Positions 45,498-54,818 of a stretch of 64,000 nt of DNA are shown piece by piece. How positions within the stretch are numbered: the stretch's first letter is position 1; the number at the start of each line of letters is the position of its first letter. Position numbers and translations under genes: made by a program. The stretch lies in sequence record LC819006.1; one strand, 5' to 3'. The notes under the pieces are model-generated. The model was not told where the DNA came from and did not search any database. It saw nothing but the letters and a program-made list of their open reading frames with translations.

Positions 45498-46727
45498 TTA
45501 CTTCTTGGGCGCATGTTTCAATGCACCCTTGATCAAGCCTTCGACCAAAGGCGGGATCTTCTGCTTTGCAGGTTTGACATCTTCCTGCGCCGCTTGAGCT
45601 TGCAATGCCTGCTTACCGAGTTCGTCGATCACTTTGTACGAAAAGTAACCGAGGTGATACCAGATAGCCAGGGCGTCCCACGCCGCATTGTGTTGAACAG
45701 CATCTTTCAAATCCGTCGGGTAAGCGTCGACGTATTCGATCTTGAAAGTGAAATTGCGCATCTGTCCGATACGCTTTCCTTCTCCCAAGTGAAGAAGTTC
45801 TGCGACATAAGCTACGTCAGTCGGGAAATCGACATGGATCACGACGTCTTGGGTCAGAAGACCGTCGGTATGACCCGTCTCGATGTTCAGAACCTGTTCG
45901 AGCCAATCGCTGAACTTGATCTTGTTGCGAACCAGATCCGTCACGAGTGTGCCCTTCGGCACGTCGAGCAGAACCGGAATCACATGCTCTTTCAGCCAGT
46001 CGCGTTCGACTTCGCCTGCTGCTTTCGAATCGAATGCGTAATACGTCCGGCCGAACTTGTTGGTGATGCCGACAGACAACAGCGTCTTGGTCGTGTCGTC
46101 GAATTCACAATCGACGAACAGATCCATCGGCTGCAACCAGCGGCCCGGGATGCGGAACATCTGACCATCTTCGGTCAAGTAGGCCCAAGCATACACGTTC
46201 TTGAAATCGACCGGGACAAACAGCTTGTCCTGGATCGCACCATCCGTGCCGTACTTTACGGGTGCCGGGCACGAGAATTCGAACTCACCTTCACGGAGCA
46301 ATTCCATGAAGACGTATTCAGTACTGATGACACCGTCGTTCACCATTTCGTGGCGAACCATCATGCCTTCGGTGTACGTCCGGCGACCAGCAATCTGCAC
46401 AACGATCGGTGTTTCGAGAGGAGGCCATTCGTCGAGAATGTTCTCCTTCATGCTCGCAGTCGTCTTGATCACAGCCCATTCGCGCTGCAACTGATCGATC
46501 TCGAACTTGTTGGCCGGAACCTTGCCCGGGAAGTACAGACCGTGGGTAATACCCGTCGGTTCGTTCTTCGGAAAGACCACCGCATTCTTCAGTTCCAGCT
46601 TCGGAATCGGCTTGTCTTCGTGTTCCTTGCCGTCAGCCGGGTCCTTGAAAGCCACGAACCGCAACACAGCCTCGCAACGCTGCTGGGCGTTGATCTGTTT
46701 TTGTGAAAACTTAGCGTCTTTAATCAT
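45498..46727 (-). CDS. hypothetical protein
   Basis: 409-aa ORF with core-gene codon style. Confidence 0.65.
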   Translation of the reverse strand: MIKDAKFSQKQINAQQRCEAVLRFVAFKDPADGKEHEDKPIPKLELKNAVVFPKNEPTGITHGLYFPGKVPANKFEIDQLQREWAVIKTTASMKENILDEWPPLETPIVVQIAGRRTYTEGMMVRHEMVNDGVISTEYVFMELLREGEFEFSCPAPVKYGTDGAIQDKLFVPVDFKNVYAWAYLTEDGQMFRIPGRWLQPMDLFVDCEFDDTTKTLLSVGITNKFGRTYYAFDSKAAGEVERDWLKEHVIPVLLDVPKGTLVTDLVRNKIKFSDWLEQVLNIETGHTDGLLTQDVVIHVDFPTDVAYVAELLHLGEGKRIGQMRNFTFKIEYVDAYPTDLKDAVQHNAAWDALAIWYHLGYFSYKVIDELGKQALQAQAAQEDVKPAKQKIPPLVEGLIKGALKHAPKK

Positions 46728-46787
46728 TGTAAAAAAAGATCCAGGTTAGAGACGTAGGTGGGTTTCCCCACCTACGCTCGGTTACGA

Positions 46788-48245
46788 TTACAGCTGGGAA
46801 GCCTTTTCTTGCAGGACGTTCTGGATGCGCTCGACATCCTCGTCGGTGATGTAGCCTTCGTTACGAAGCTGATCGACCAGAGGAGTCCAGAACAGCGTTG
46901 CAGGACCCTTGCCGGAGATCTTCACCATTTCCGCGCCGAAGAACTTGTGATCGATGAAGTAGTCGATTGCCATACCTTCAGGCGAATCGAGCCATTCTTC
47001 GATTTCCGTCGGAACACCAGCACACGTTTCAGCTTCTTCACGCGTGATGACGTCGTCCGGCAGAAGACGATTGACGGTGCCCGTCGGAACGAAGTCCGAG
47101 TTCTTCAGGAAGTCGAGCATCGCGTAACGATCGTCGCCCGTGCGGCCGGTGAAGATGAAGATGTGATGGCCGTTGCGCTTCAGTGCCTTCAGCGTTTCGA
47201 TTGCGAAGGGCGATTCCGGTCCGATGGTGGACGGACGCTGATCTTCGACGATGGTGCCGTCGAACGACACGACGAAAACCGCCGGTTCGTCTTCGATGCC
47301 GCGGTCGTCTTCGACATCGGTATCGATTGCCATCATGTCGATTTCCGCCTGTGCGTCCTTGCGGCCGACATGCTGGAATTCTTCACCGAAGTTCTGCAGA
47401 CACCAGTCGAACAGGTGCAGGTCCGTTTCCTTCTTTTCGATCGCGACGTTGTGGTAGCCGGTGACTTCCGCCTGCTTGAACTTCACCATCGCGTCGACGT
47501 ACTGGTCGTCCGGCAGTTTGTCGATGCCTTCCATTTGCTGGAGAGCGACGATGTTCACATGCTGGTTCTGCACCATCCATTCGTCGAACGACAGTTGCGA
47601 GCCGCTGCGAACATGAGCTTGTTCGAGCGTTTCACGGTGATCTTCGATCGCCTGACGAACCATGCGCCGCGAAGCACGGCTGTTCAGCGGAATGTCCTTC
47701 AGGTGGATCTTCGGCTTCTGGGCTTCCGGTTCAGCTTCGACCGGATCGGTGTTGGCTTCCCAGTGGTCGTTGCTCCACTTCCACATCGGATGCGTCTGCC
47801 CGTATTCCTGAACGTCGATCTTGACGATGCGTTCTTCGATCGCGGTTTCAGCCAGTTCGAATTCGTTGGCCAGAATCACGAAACGCAGCCACGGCATGTT
47901 ACCTTCATTGACCCAGGCCGCATCGTTGCCGGCGAAGATTGCCGACAGCACCGTGCCGTTCAGCGCGATTGCCGTGCAGAAACGCTCGTCGCCTTCGAGA
48001 CCGGTTTCGGTGTTCAGGGCGATGTAGGTGAGAAAACCATTCGCCGAGATGTAGAACTCTTGCGGATGGTTCGGGCCGAACAGGCGGGTGAGGTCGCGCT
48101 TGGCGATGACGACACCGACCTTCTTGTTCTTGAAATCGGGCTCTTGCACCAGCACGCCGATGTGTTGCTGGATTTTCGAATGCTCGGGAAGTCCGAAGCC
48201 CGGACGGAAGACTTGAGCCTTTGCGTAAGTAATCGGAGTTTTCAT
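46788..48245 (-). CDS. multidomain protein with a C-terminal HAD-like domain
   Basis: VVSFDGTIVE..IGPESPFAIETLKALKRNGHHIFIFTGRTG..DYFID HAD pattern; first Asp replaced by Ser. Confidence 0.65.
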   Translation of the reverse strand: MKTPITYAKAQVFRPGFGLPEHSKIQQHIGVLVQEPDFKNKKVGVVIAKRDLTRLFGPNHPQEFYISANGFLTYIALNTETGLEGDERFCTAIALNGTVLSAIFAGNDAAWVNEGNMPWLRFVILANEFELAETAIEERIVKIDVQEYGQTHPMWKWSNDHWEANTDPVEAEPEAQKPKIHLKDIPLNSRASRRMVRQAIEDHRETLEQAHVRSGSQLSFDEWMVQNQHVNIVALQQMEGIDKLPDDQYVDAMVKFKQAEVTGYHNVAIEKKETDLHLFDWCLQNFGEEFQHVGRKDAQAEIDMMAIDTDVEDDRGIEDEPAVFVVSFDGTIVEDQRPSTIGPESPFAIETLKALKRNGHHIFIFTGRTGDDRYAMLDFLKNSDFVPTGTVNRLLPDDVITREEAETCAGVPTEIEEWLDSPEGMAIDYFIDHKFFGAEMVKISGKGPATLFWTPLVDQLRNEGYITDEDVERIQNVLQEKASQL

Positions 48246-48248
48246 AAA

Positions 48249-48914
48249 TTACTCGTCGTTGTTGTATTGAGCGAAATTGACGCGGATCGGATTGGAGTGG
48301 TTCTTCGAATGGTGGTAATGCTCGATCACCGTACCCGCGAAGTCCAGGCGTTCAACTGCGTTCTTATCGAAGCGCATGAACGTCATCTGGTAATACTGCT
48401 TTTCGGGGATGTCCTCGAACCCATAGCTCCGCTTGCTGATGTCTTCGACATCGGTTTTCGAAAAGAGAAGCAATCCCATCACGTTCTGGAACATGACGAT
48501 GTAGCAAGACTGCTCCTCACTGATTTCCAACAGAGGATGTCCCGACATTTCCGCCGAGACAACATCTTTAACCTCCGCAAAGCATGGGGAGTAGAAATAA
48601 GGATAAACCTGTTTCTCATCCTCCTTCAATTCGTGATTCAGATACCGCATGAAGAATGCGACATCGTCCACGACGATATGCTTCAGAATCTGGAAATCGA
48701 CGAACAAGTCGTCCTGGTGTTTCCAGAGAATCGGATCTCCATATCCCTCCCCAAGAAACGTTTCCGGCTGGGGAATATCCGCCAGCTGGTGATACAGACC
48801 GCAAGCCAACTGATCAGCAGTGCGTTCGTCTTGCAAAATCTTGATGCGTGCCACTGCATCGCCGGCAGGTGTGCCGCGCATACGGTCTAGCAATCTCTTA
48901 AGTCCTGCGATCAT
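48249..48914 (-). CDS. hypothetical protein
   Basis: 221-aa ORF. Confidence 0.55.
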   Translation of the reverse strand: MIAGLKRLLDRMRGTPAGDAVARIKILQDERTADQLACGLYHQLADIPQPETFLGEGYGDPILWKHQDDLFVDFQILKHIVVDDVAFFMRYLNHELKEDEKQVYPYFYSPCFAEVKDVVSAEMSGHPLLEISEEQSCYIVMFQNVMGLLLFSKTDVEDISKRSYGFEDIPEKQYYQMTFMRFDKNAVERLDFAGTVIEHYHHSKNHSNPIRVNFAQYNNDE

Positions 48915-48918
48915 GTCA

Positions 48919-49329
48919 TTAGCCCTTGTATTGTTCCAGCTGCTGCGGCAGCCGATATTGGAAGAAACCGTTATGCGACCCAGTGATTTCGATTTTCGAA
49001 TCAGCCATGGCGCAATAGAACAGCCCGAAGTTGTGATTCAGCCATTCGTAAAACACTTCTTCTGCGATCCGCTGAGCGACCATCATTCCGGTCATGTTCC
49101 CCGTCACGTCCGGATTTTCCATACGGTAAGAATCCAGTTTGTGGCGCAGAGTCTTGTTCAATTCACGAATCGCATCACGACGCTTTCGTTCGCCGGTGTC
49201 CGCCACAACGACGAACTTATAGTCCTTGAACCGGGCACGTTTATTATTCTGTTTATGCCGGTAAGCCATGATGCCAGACACAACTGCTGCAATTGCTCCG
49301 CTCATCCCGACATACATCATCGCGTCCAT
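48919..49329 (-). CDS. hypothetical membrane-anchored protein
   Basis: N-terminal hydrophobic helix followed by basic residues; RBS GAGGA. Confidence 0.55.
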   Translation of the reverse strand: MDAMMYVGMSGAIAAVVSGIMAYRHKQNNKRARFKDYKFVVVADTGERKRRDAIRELNKTLRHKLDSYRMENPDVTGNMTGMMVAQRIAEEVFYEWLNHNFGLFYCAMADSKIEITGSHNGFFQYRLPQQLEQYKG

Positions 49330-49462
49330 CTTTTCCTCATTTTAAAAAAGTTGTTATTGACCATTGGTGCTGGGGGTCAAACTGATGATATATTTATGTA
49401 ATAAATTACAAACTTAACGGCTGATTTTATGCTAACACCATCTTTCTGCACATAGGTTAAAA

Positions 49463-50218
49463 ATGAACTTTGATCTCACTAAGCTCGGTAATGCCTTGTC
49501 GGGTTTGACCGACTGGGTCAAAGCGGGCTTCACCACCCATGCGAGCAGGCTCGCTGCACTCGAAGGTAACAAGATTACCGTCGCGACGTTTGCTACGCTG
49601 CCGACAACAAACGTCGGTCCCGTGTTGGTCGCCGATCTCAATGAGATCTGGACCTGGTCAGCAAGCGCTTACTATACGGGTTATCGCGCATTCGATTGCG
49701 GCGAACCTATTTTGTCAGCGAAAGCAACGCATTCGCCACGACATCTTGACCTCAATGGTCAAGGCGCAATCTCCAAGACGACTTATGCAAGTCTCTGGGG
49801 TTTCGCTAAAGAACAAGGTCTGGTGGTTGCTGCTGGTAGTTGGGCAGCGGGCCTCTACGCCTTCGTCGATCTGGGCGGAGACAACTTCCAACTGCCCGAT
49901 CTGCGTAATACGTTTTTCCGTGCAACCGGTACGAACAAGGATACGTCTACCACACGAGCCATCGGTAGTTCTCAGGCAGATGCATTCGCTGCACACAACC
50001 ACAATTACTTGACTGAAGCTGGAACGCCGACGTCGAATGACATTCTGGTGTTTAAGGATGGTGGTGTGTCTGGCGACAGTTCTCCATGGACTCCGACGAG
50101 CGTGAATCAGACGAACACGATTCCGTCCAACAGCTATCCTGCTCCGGCTACCACAAGTACGGGCGGCACGGAAACGCGACCGTATAACACGGCATTTGCG
50201 CCACGAATCCATATTTAA
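49463..50218 (+). CDS. tail fibre protein with a tail-collar-like domain
   Basis: LNGQGAISKTTYASLWG..FQLPDLRNTFFRATG..RAIGSSQADAFAAHNH..GGTETRPYNTAF, a typical collar/short-fibre pattern. Confidence 0.75.
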   Translation: MNFDLTKLGNALSGLTDWVKAGFTTHASRLAALEGNKITVATFATLPTTNVGPVLVADLNEIWTWSASAYYTGYRAFDCGEPILSAKATHSPRHLDLNGQGAISKTTYASLWGFAKEQGLVVAAGSWAAGLYAFVDLGGDNFQLPDLRNTFFRATGTNKDTSTTRAIGSSQADAFAAHNHNYLTEAGTPTSNDILVFKDGGVSGDSSPWTPTSVNQTNTIPSNSYPAPATTSTGGTETRPYNTAFAPRIHI

Positions 50219-50228
50219 CGGCATAAGT

Positions 50229-50264
50229 CATAATCCACTCTCCCGCAAGGGAGAGTGGATTATG
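50229..50264. terminator. bidirectional hairpin between convergent genes
   Basis: CATAATCCACTCTCCC-GCAA-GGGAGAGTGGATTATG. Confidence 0.75.
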
Positions 50265-50269
50265 TTCGC

Positions 50270-51409
50270 TTAGTCGTCGAGATCGAATTCGAAGACTTTG
50301 CCGGAGTCGTCGCGGGTCACGGCATTCACCATGTACGCGACAGGAGGTGCTTCTTGCGGCGAAGCTTGCGTCTTGCGCAGATTGACGCGGCTGTTCATGT
50401 ACGGCAGCGGATTATCCATCACCATCGGGAAGTTCACATCCTTCTCGATGCCAAGGAAGTACGCAACGTCCGTACCGCCGAAGTAGTTGAAGCGCTTGAG
50501 TGACGAAGGCGACATGCCGGTATGCTCATGACCGTCTTCATGCATCACATCCACCCAGCGGTCTTCGCCGGCGATTGCCTCGTTGAGCATCGCGACGATG
50601 ACGTGCCGGTTGTTCTTGAACGCTTCACGACCACGATCGGTCGACAGGAGCGATTCGATGTTCGCCTTGCCAAACGGCACGTGGATTTCCACTTCGTCTT
50701 GTGCGATACGCTGCACTGCGTCGCCGATCGGCTGGAACAGGTTCATTGCACAGATGCCGAACGTAACAGCAAACGACGGCATGAACTGGCAACGTTCCAT
50801 GATCAGGAGTGCCACGATGTACAGGAAGATCGCATCGTAGATCTCGTAACGCTCACGATCGGTCAGCGGATACGTTTTCGGATCGAACTGGTACAGAGCC
50901 CAGCGGTGCGATGCGCAGTACGCATTGCCGAACACTTCGGCGACGACCTTAAGACGCAAGTGAGCATCCGAATCGTTCTTGAACTGAGCCATGGCAGCAA
51001 CCGGATCGTCGAACGATTGACGAACGATTTCTGCGTAGGTGCGAGCGTGGATCGACTCGTTATCCGAGATGCGCTGATAGCCGGTCCAGACTTCCGAGGA
51101 CGAACAGACACCCGACATGATGCCTGAGATCGTCGAGGAGGCCACAGAATCCGTTTCCCACTGCCAGGCGAGGGTACGGATCATGTCCTTCGCGATGAGC
51201 GGATCTACAGTCTTGAATTCCACGCGACAGAGCTCGAATACGAACTCTTTTTCAGTCCAGTCTTGCCCGCGCAGCTTTTCGTAAAGCTCGTTCTGCTTGG
51301 GGTACTGGCGGTTGATAGTGTCCAGCAGACCACGCGGCTGGCCAAGAATGATCGGAGTCTTTTCATAGTCCGTCTTTGCGGCATTGAAAATGGCTTGGTT
51401 AATGGTCAT
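50270..51409 (-). CDS. nrdB: ribonucleotide reductase class Ia beta subunit
   Basis: di-iron ligands ETD, NESIHARTY (with radical Tyr), ME..F..SF, QDEVEIH; start MTINQAIFN at 51409. Confidence 0.9.
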   Translation of the reverse strand: MTINQAIFNAAKTDYEKTPIILGQPRGLLDTINRQYPKQNELYEKLRGQDWTEKEFVFELCRVEFKTVDPLIAKDMIRTLAWQWETDSVASSTISGIMSGVCSSSEVWTGYQRISDNESIHARTYAEIVRQSFDDPVAAMAQFKNDSDAHLRLKVVAEVFGNAYCASHRWALYQFDPKTYPLTDRERYEIYDAIFLYIVALLIMERCQFMPSFAVTFGICAMNLFQPIGDAVQRIAQDEVEIHVPFGKANIESLLSTDRGREAFKNNRHVIVAMLNEAIAGEDRWVDVMHEDGHEHTGMSPSSLKRFNYFGGTDVAYFLGIEKDVNFPMVMDNPLPYMNSRVNLRKTQASPQEAPPVAYMVNAVTRDDSGKVFEFDLDD

Positions 51410-51476
51410 TTTGAAATTCGAGCCTATAAGGGGTGTTGAAACTGGGACTACAGAATAGTCCCAGTTTCTTACTTTT

Positions 51477-54400
51477 TTACAGCGAACAACCTTCGCATTC
51501 CATGTGGCCATCGCCACCCGTCTGTTCAGTTTGGAACGTAATGCCTTCCAAGCCATCCAGCGCTTCGTTCGTGTGGGCGGTGTACGGATCCGGCGTATGA
51601 GCCAGCCATTCTTCCGGCGTGCCCTTGAAGCCGTTTGCTACGGCATTCTCGTACATCGCATGGTTGACGACAGGCGCTGCGCCGTGGACAGACTTCGAGA
51701 TCTTCATCGAGTCTTCCGAACCGGGCATGAGCGTGTTGATGTAGTAGCGTGTCTTCACGCCCTTTTCCACACGGTCCATTTCCGCTTCCACGATTTCCGT
51801 CGAACTCACTTCCAGGCGATTCGTGAAGTCCAGATACCAGTCGGCCGAAATCGACTGATCGCAGAACTTTTGCGGAATCGCATAGATGGTGTTCTGTTCC
51901 GGCAGGGTGAGTTCCCACATGCGCTGATACAGATACGCAGGATCGTCACCGTAAGGTGCGGCCCAACGCAGCATGTTGTTCGCATCGCCCTTGAGCAACA
52001 CGAGTTCACGAATGCCGTAGATGCTGTTCGTAGCACCCAGAGCCTTCGAGGAGCTTTCACCCGGCATGAAGTTGATCAGACAGCTGTGTGCCAGACCACC
52101 GTTTGCCTTGATCTGCTCGGAGACTTCGTCCCAGTCGTACTGGTATTCGAAGTTGGCCAGTGTGTCGACCTTCTTGCGATACGTCTTGAGCGGTGTCCAG
52201 CCATCCGGCCATTTCGTACGCGCAATCCAGGGAGCCAGACCGCGTTCCTTGGAGATGGCGATCGAAGCCTGAATCGCGAAGTACAGGTGACGCTCGTACA
52301 CGCGATGCAGTTCGTGCAGACCTTCCGTACTGTTGAACTTCAGACGGCGACGAGCCATGTGGGTGGCCACGCCCATCATACCGACGCCAGCGTTCATGCG
52401 AGCCTTCGCAGTCACGCCCATGTGCGGCAGGATGTATTCGTTTTCGAGAATGCAGTAGTCGATCATCTTGTACGCGTAGTACATGACGTCGGCATACTCG
52501 GCGTCCGTCATCTCTTCCGTGATGTTGGTCGCGGCCAACGAACACAGAGCGACTTCCGGTTCCTTCTTGACGGAGAGGACTTGCTTGACCGTCAAAACGC
52601 CGTAGTCCTTGGAGTTGTGCTGCATGCCGACCTTGACCGACTGAGCAACCCAACGACCCGAGGGACCTGTGACGACTTCCGAAGCCTTGGTGTGGACATG
52701 GTGTTCCATGCCGTTTTCGGCGACCGCGACCCACGATGCATGACCCACTTCGACTTCCGAGAAGAGATCCTTCATCGCGTCTTTGCCGTCGTACGGCTGA
52801 GTCGGCTCCGAGACTTCCAGACACTGACCAGTCACGACGCCATTGAACATGGCCTTATGACGCTTCGGTTCGCTGAAACAGTACACCGAGTTTTCGACGC
52901 CGAGGTTTTCGATGTCGAGAATCGTCACATCGTCGTGTTCGCCAACATTGCGCGGATCCTTGAACGATGCGAGCTTGTCGCCACGTTTGAGGTCCTTGGT
53001 GCGAACTTCGGTCTCGACACCATCACGCATCACATACCACTTGTGATACGAAGTGCAATCGAGGAAGCCCTTACCACCCTTCACGTAAACGCGCAGGAGC
53101 TTCTCCAGCGGGCTGGTTTGGCGAACAGTCACACGACTCCATTCGAAGCCGTTCCAGACCTCTACGGAACGATCTCGGTACTCGGAGATAGCACGCTCAC
53201 CGTACTCCTTGGTGAGGATGATCGTGCCAGGCGCAACACACAGGTTCGACGAATGGATCGGATCCAGGAACGGCGTATTGCGGTTCATCTCGTCGATGGA
53301 GGCCGCATAGATCGTGCCGGTCTGAATACCTTGCTGAACTGCATGCACGACGATGTCGCGAGCAGGAGCATAGTTCTTCTTGAAGTTCGGATCGTCTTCG
53401 TACTTCTTGTAGATCTTCGCGAACAGCTGGATATCCGGGCCGTAGAAGGCTTCGTGAAGATCCGGCGCATTCTTGATGTTCCACGTGAAGATATCCTCGC
53501 CCTTGGCCATCTTCATGGTCAGGAAACGATTCGTCATGTACGCGTAGTGCGCATCACGGTTACGAGCCGTGTCGGACGCGCGCGTATCACGCAAGCCTGC
53601 GATGACCTGAGCTTCCGGATCGAACAGGTTGAAGTACAACGTACCCGCACCACCACGACCACCCTGCAGATTCGCACGGATGTTCTTGCCGAAGGTGGCG
53701 ATATACGGCAACTTGCCGCGGTGAAGGAAACGACCCTTTTGAACCGGGTCACCGATGGAACGCGTCATCAGGTTCGTGCCGATACCTGCGGACTGCGTCG
53801 TCATCATGTATGTGATGTGGTCTCCGGCTGCCAAGCTCCAGCGGCTGTCACCAACCGCGATCAGGCAGCAGCTTGCATACCCCTTGTGGTACGTACCCAG
53901 ATTGTTGTAGTTGGGCGTCGGTGCCGACAAACGTTTGTTCGAGAAGTGACGATAGATGCGAATCACATGTTCCAGACGCGAACGCTTGGCGTATTCCGCA
54001 TTTTCGAGCGGATAGCCGGGCATCGTTTCGGGATGCGACTCGAACAATGCCATCGCCATGCGCATGTAGATGAACTGCGGCGTCTCGTACTCCGTCTTGG
54101 TCGAGAAGTCCTGCAGCGCATACTTGAAGCGCAGCTGTTCGATTGCGAAGTGCGGATACGTCAGATCCTGGTCATGATTGACCGTGGCTTCGATGACGCT
54201 CCACTCGTATTCCGAGTAGTCCAGCTTGCGAGCCAGACCTGCCGAATGCAGTCGGTCTTGCACTGCACGAACGAGAGGCAGTTCTTTCGTACCGAAGATT
54301 TCGATACGATCGAGTACAGCACGCAGTCGTCCTGCCATCAGGTAGTGCGACCACGTATCACGTGCGAGCAGCGTGTCGATGAGTTTCTGCATCAGACGCT

Positions 54401-54557
54401 GAACGGTTACCTTCTTGGGAAGGTCGCGGACCGTTTCGAGAGCGATGCTGCTCCACTCGTCTTCAGCGACGCCGACGGCGTCCTGTACCCAGTGGTTCAG
54501 CTTCTTGGCGTCGAACTTTTCTTCTTCGCCCTTGAGGTTGATGACGGTTTCAATCAT
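51477..54557 (-). CDS. nrdA: ribonucleotide reductase class Ia alpha subunit with an intein
   Basis: ATP-cone-like N-terminus, SAPTP, ASCCL, GGRGGA, SSNL|C-LE active site, ALCSLA, MPGESSS, TRYY, C-terminal CEGCSL. Confidence 0.95.
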   Translation of the reverse strand: MIETVINLKGEEEKFDAKKLNHWVQDAVGVAEDEWSSIALETVRDLPKKVTVQRLMQKLIDTLLARDTWSHYLMAGRLRAVLDRIEIFGTKELPLVRAVQDRLHSAGLARKLDYSEYEWSVIEATVNHDQDLTYPHFAIEQLRFKYALQDFSTKTEYETPQFIYMRMAMALFESHPETMPGYPLENAEYAKRSRLEHVIRIYRHFSNKRLSAPTPNYNNLGTYHKGYASCCLIAVGDSRWSLAAGDHITYMMTTQSAGIGTNLMTRSIGDPVQKGRFLHRGKLPYIATFGKNIRANLQGGRGGAGTLYFNLFDPEAQVIAGLRDTRASDTARNRDAHYAYMTNRFLTMKMAKGEDIFTWNIKNAPDLHEAFYGPDIQLFAKIYKKYEDDPNFKKNYAPARDIVVHAVQQGIQTGTIYAASIDEMNRNTPFLDPIHSSNLCVAPGTIILTKEYGERAISEYRDRSVEVWNGFEWSRVTVRQTSPLEKLLRVYVKGGKGFLDCTSYHKWYVMRDGVETEVRTKDLKRGDKLASFKDPRNVGEHDDVTILDIENLGVENSVYCFSEPKRHKAMFNGVVTGQCLEVSEPTQPYDGKDAMKDLFSEVEVGHASWVAVAENGMEHHVHTKASEVVTGPSGRWVAQSVKVGMQHNSKDYGVLTVKQVLSVKKEPEVALCSLAATNITEEMTDAEYADVMYYAYKMIDYCILENEYILPHMGVTAKARMNAGVGMMGVATHMARRRLKFNSTEGLHELHRVYERHLYFAIQASIAISKERGLAPWIARTKWPDGWTPLKTYRKKVDTLANFEYQYDWDEVSEQIKANGGLAHSCLINFMPGESSSKALGATNSIYGIRELVLLKGDANNMLRWAAPYGDDPAYLYQRMWELTLPEQNTIYAIPQKFCDQSISADWYLDFTNRLEVSSTEIVEAEMDRVEKGVKTRYYINTLMPGSEDSMKISKSVHGAAPVVNHAMYENAVANGFKGTPEEWLAHTPDPYTAHTNEALDGLEGITFQTEQTGGDGHMECEGCSL
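52824..53240 (-). mobile_element. 139-aa mini-intein in nrdA ending in Gln
   Basis: starts CVAPGT after SSNL; block B LDCTSYHKW; ends VYCFSEPKRHKAMFNGVVTGQ before the +1 Cys (CLE); no LAGLIDADG domain. Confidence 0.9.
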
Positions 54558-54572
54558 GTCAGGTCCGATTGG

Positions 54573-54818
54573 TTAAGCGGTTGCTGAGTGTGCCCGGACA
54601 ATCTTGGTGAAGTTCTGCGGCGTGAAGCCCGACATCCATTCACCATTGTCCTCGATCACCGGCAGCTGACGAAACCCCTTCTCGCGCAACATCTGAGCTT
54701 GATCCGGCTGCTCGGCGATGTTGATTTCCTGATATTCGATGGCTTTGATGGCCAATGCCTTCTTCAGGTTCTCACAATTGGGGCACGAATTGCTGCTGTA
54801 GACGATAACGGGGGCCAT
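54573..54818 (-). CDS. nrdH: glutaredoxin-like (NrdH-type) redoxin
   Basis: YSSNSCPNC (CxxC), GFRQLPVI..WMSGF; directly upstream of nrdA. Confidence 0.85.
   Translation of the reverse strand: MAPVIVYSSNSCPNCENLKKALAIKAIEYQEINIAEQPDQAQMLREKGFRQLPVIEDNGEWMSGFTPQNFTKIVRAHSATA

Noticed and set aside
50270-51409. nrdB as a non-canonical (Mn/Fe or metal-free) beta subunit
   Set aside because: The Asp, Glu and His ligands and the radical Tyr (ESIHARTY) are all present, consistent with ordinary class Ia.
51504-54587. 1027-aa plus-strand ORF antisense to nrdA
   Set aside because: It mirrors nrdA almost exactly and has no protein-like motifs. Strong codon bias in the real gene suppresses stops in the antisense frame.
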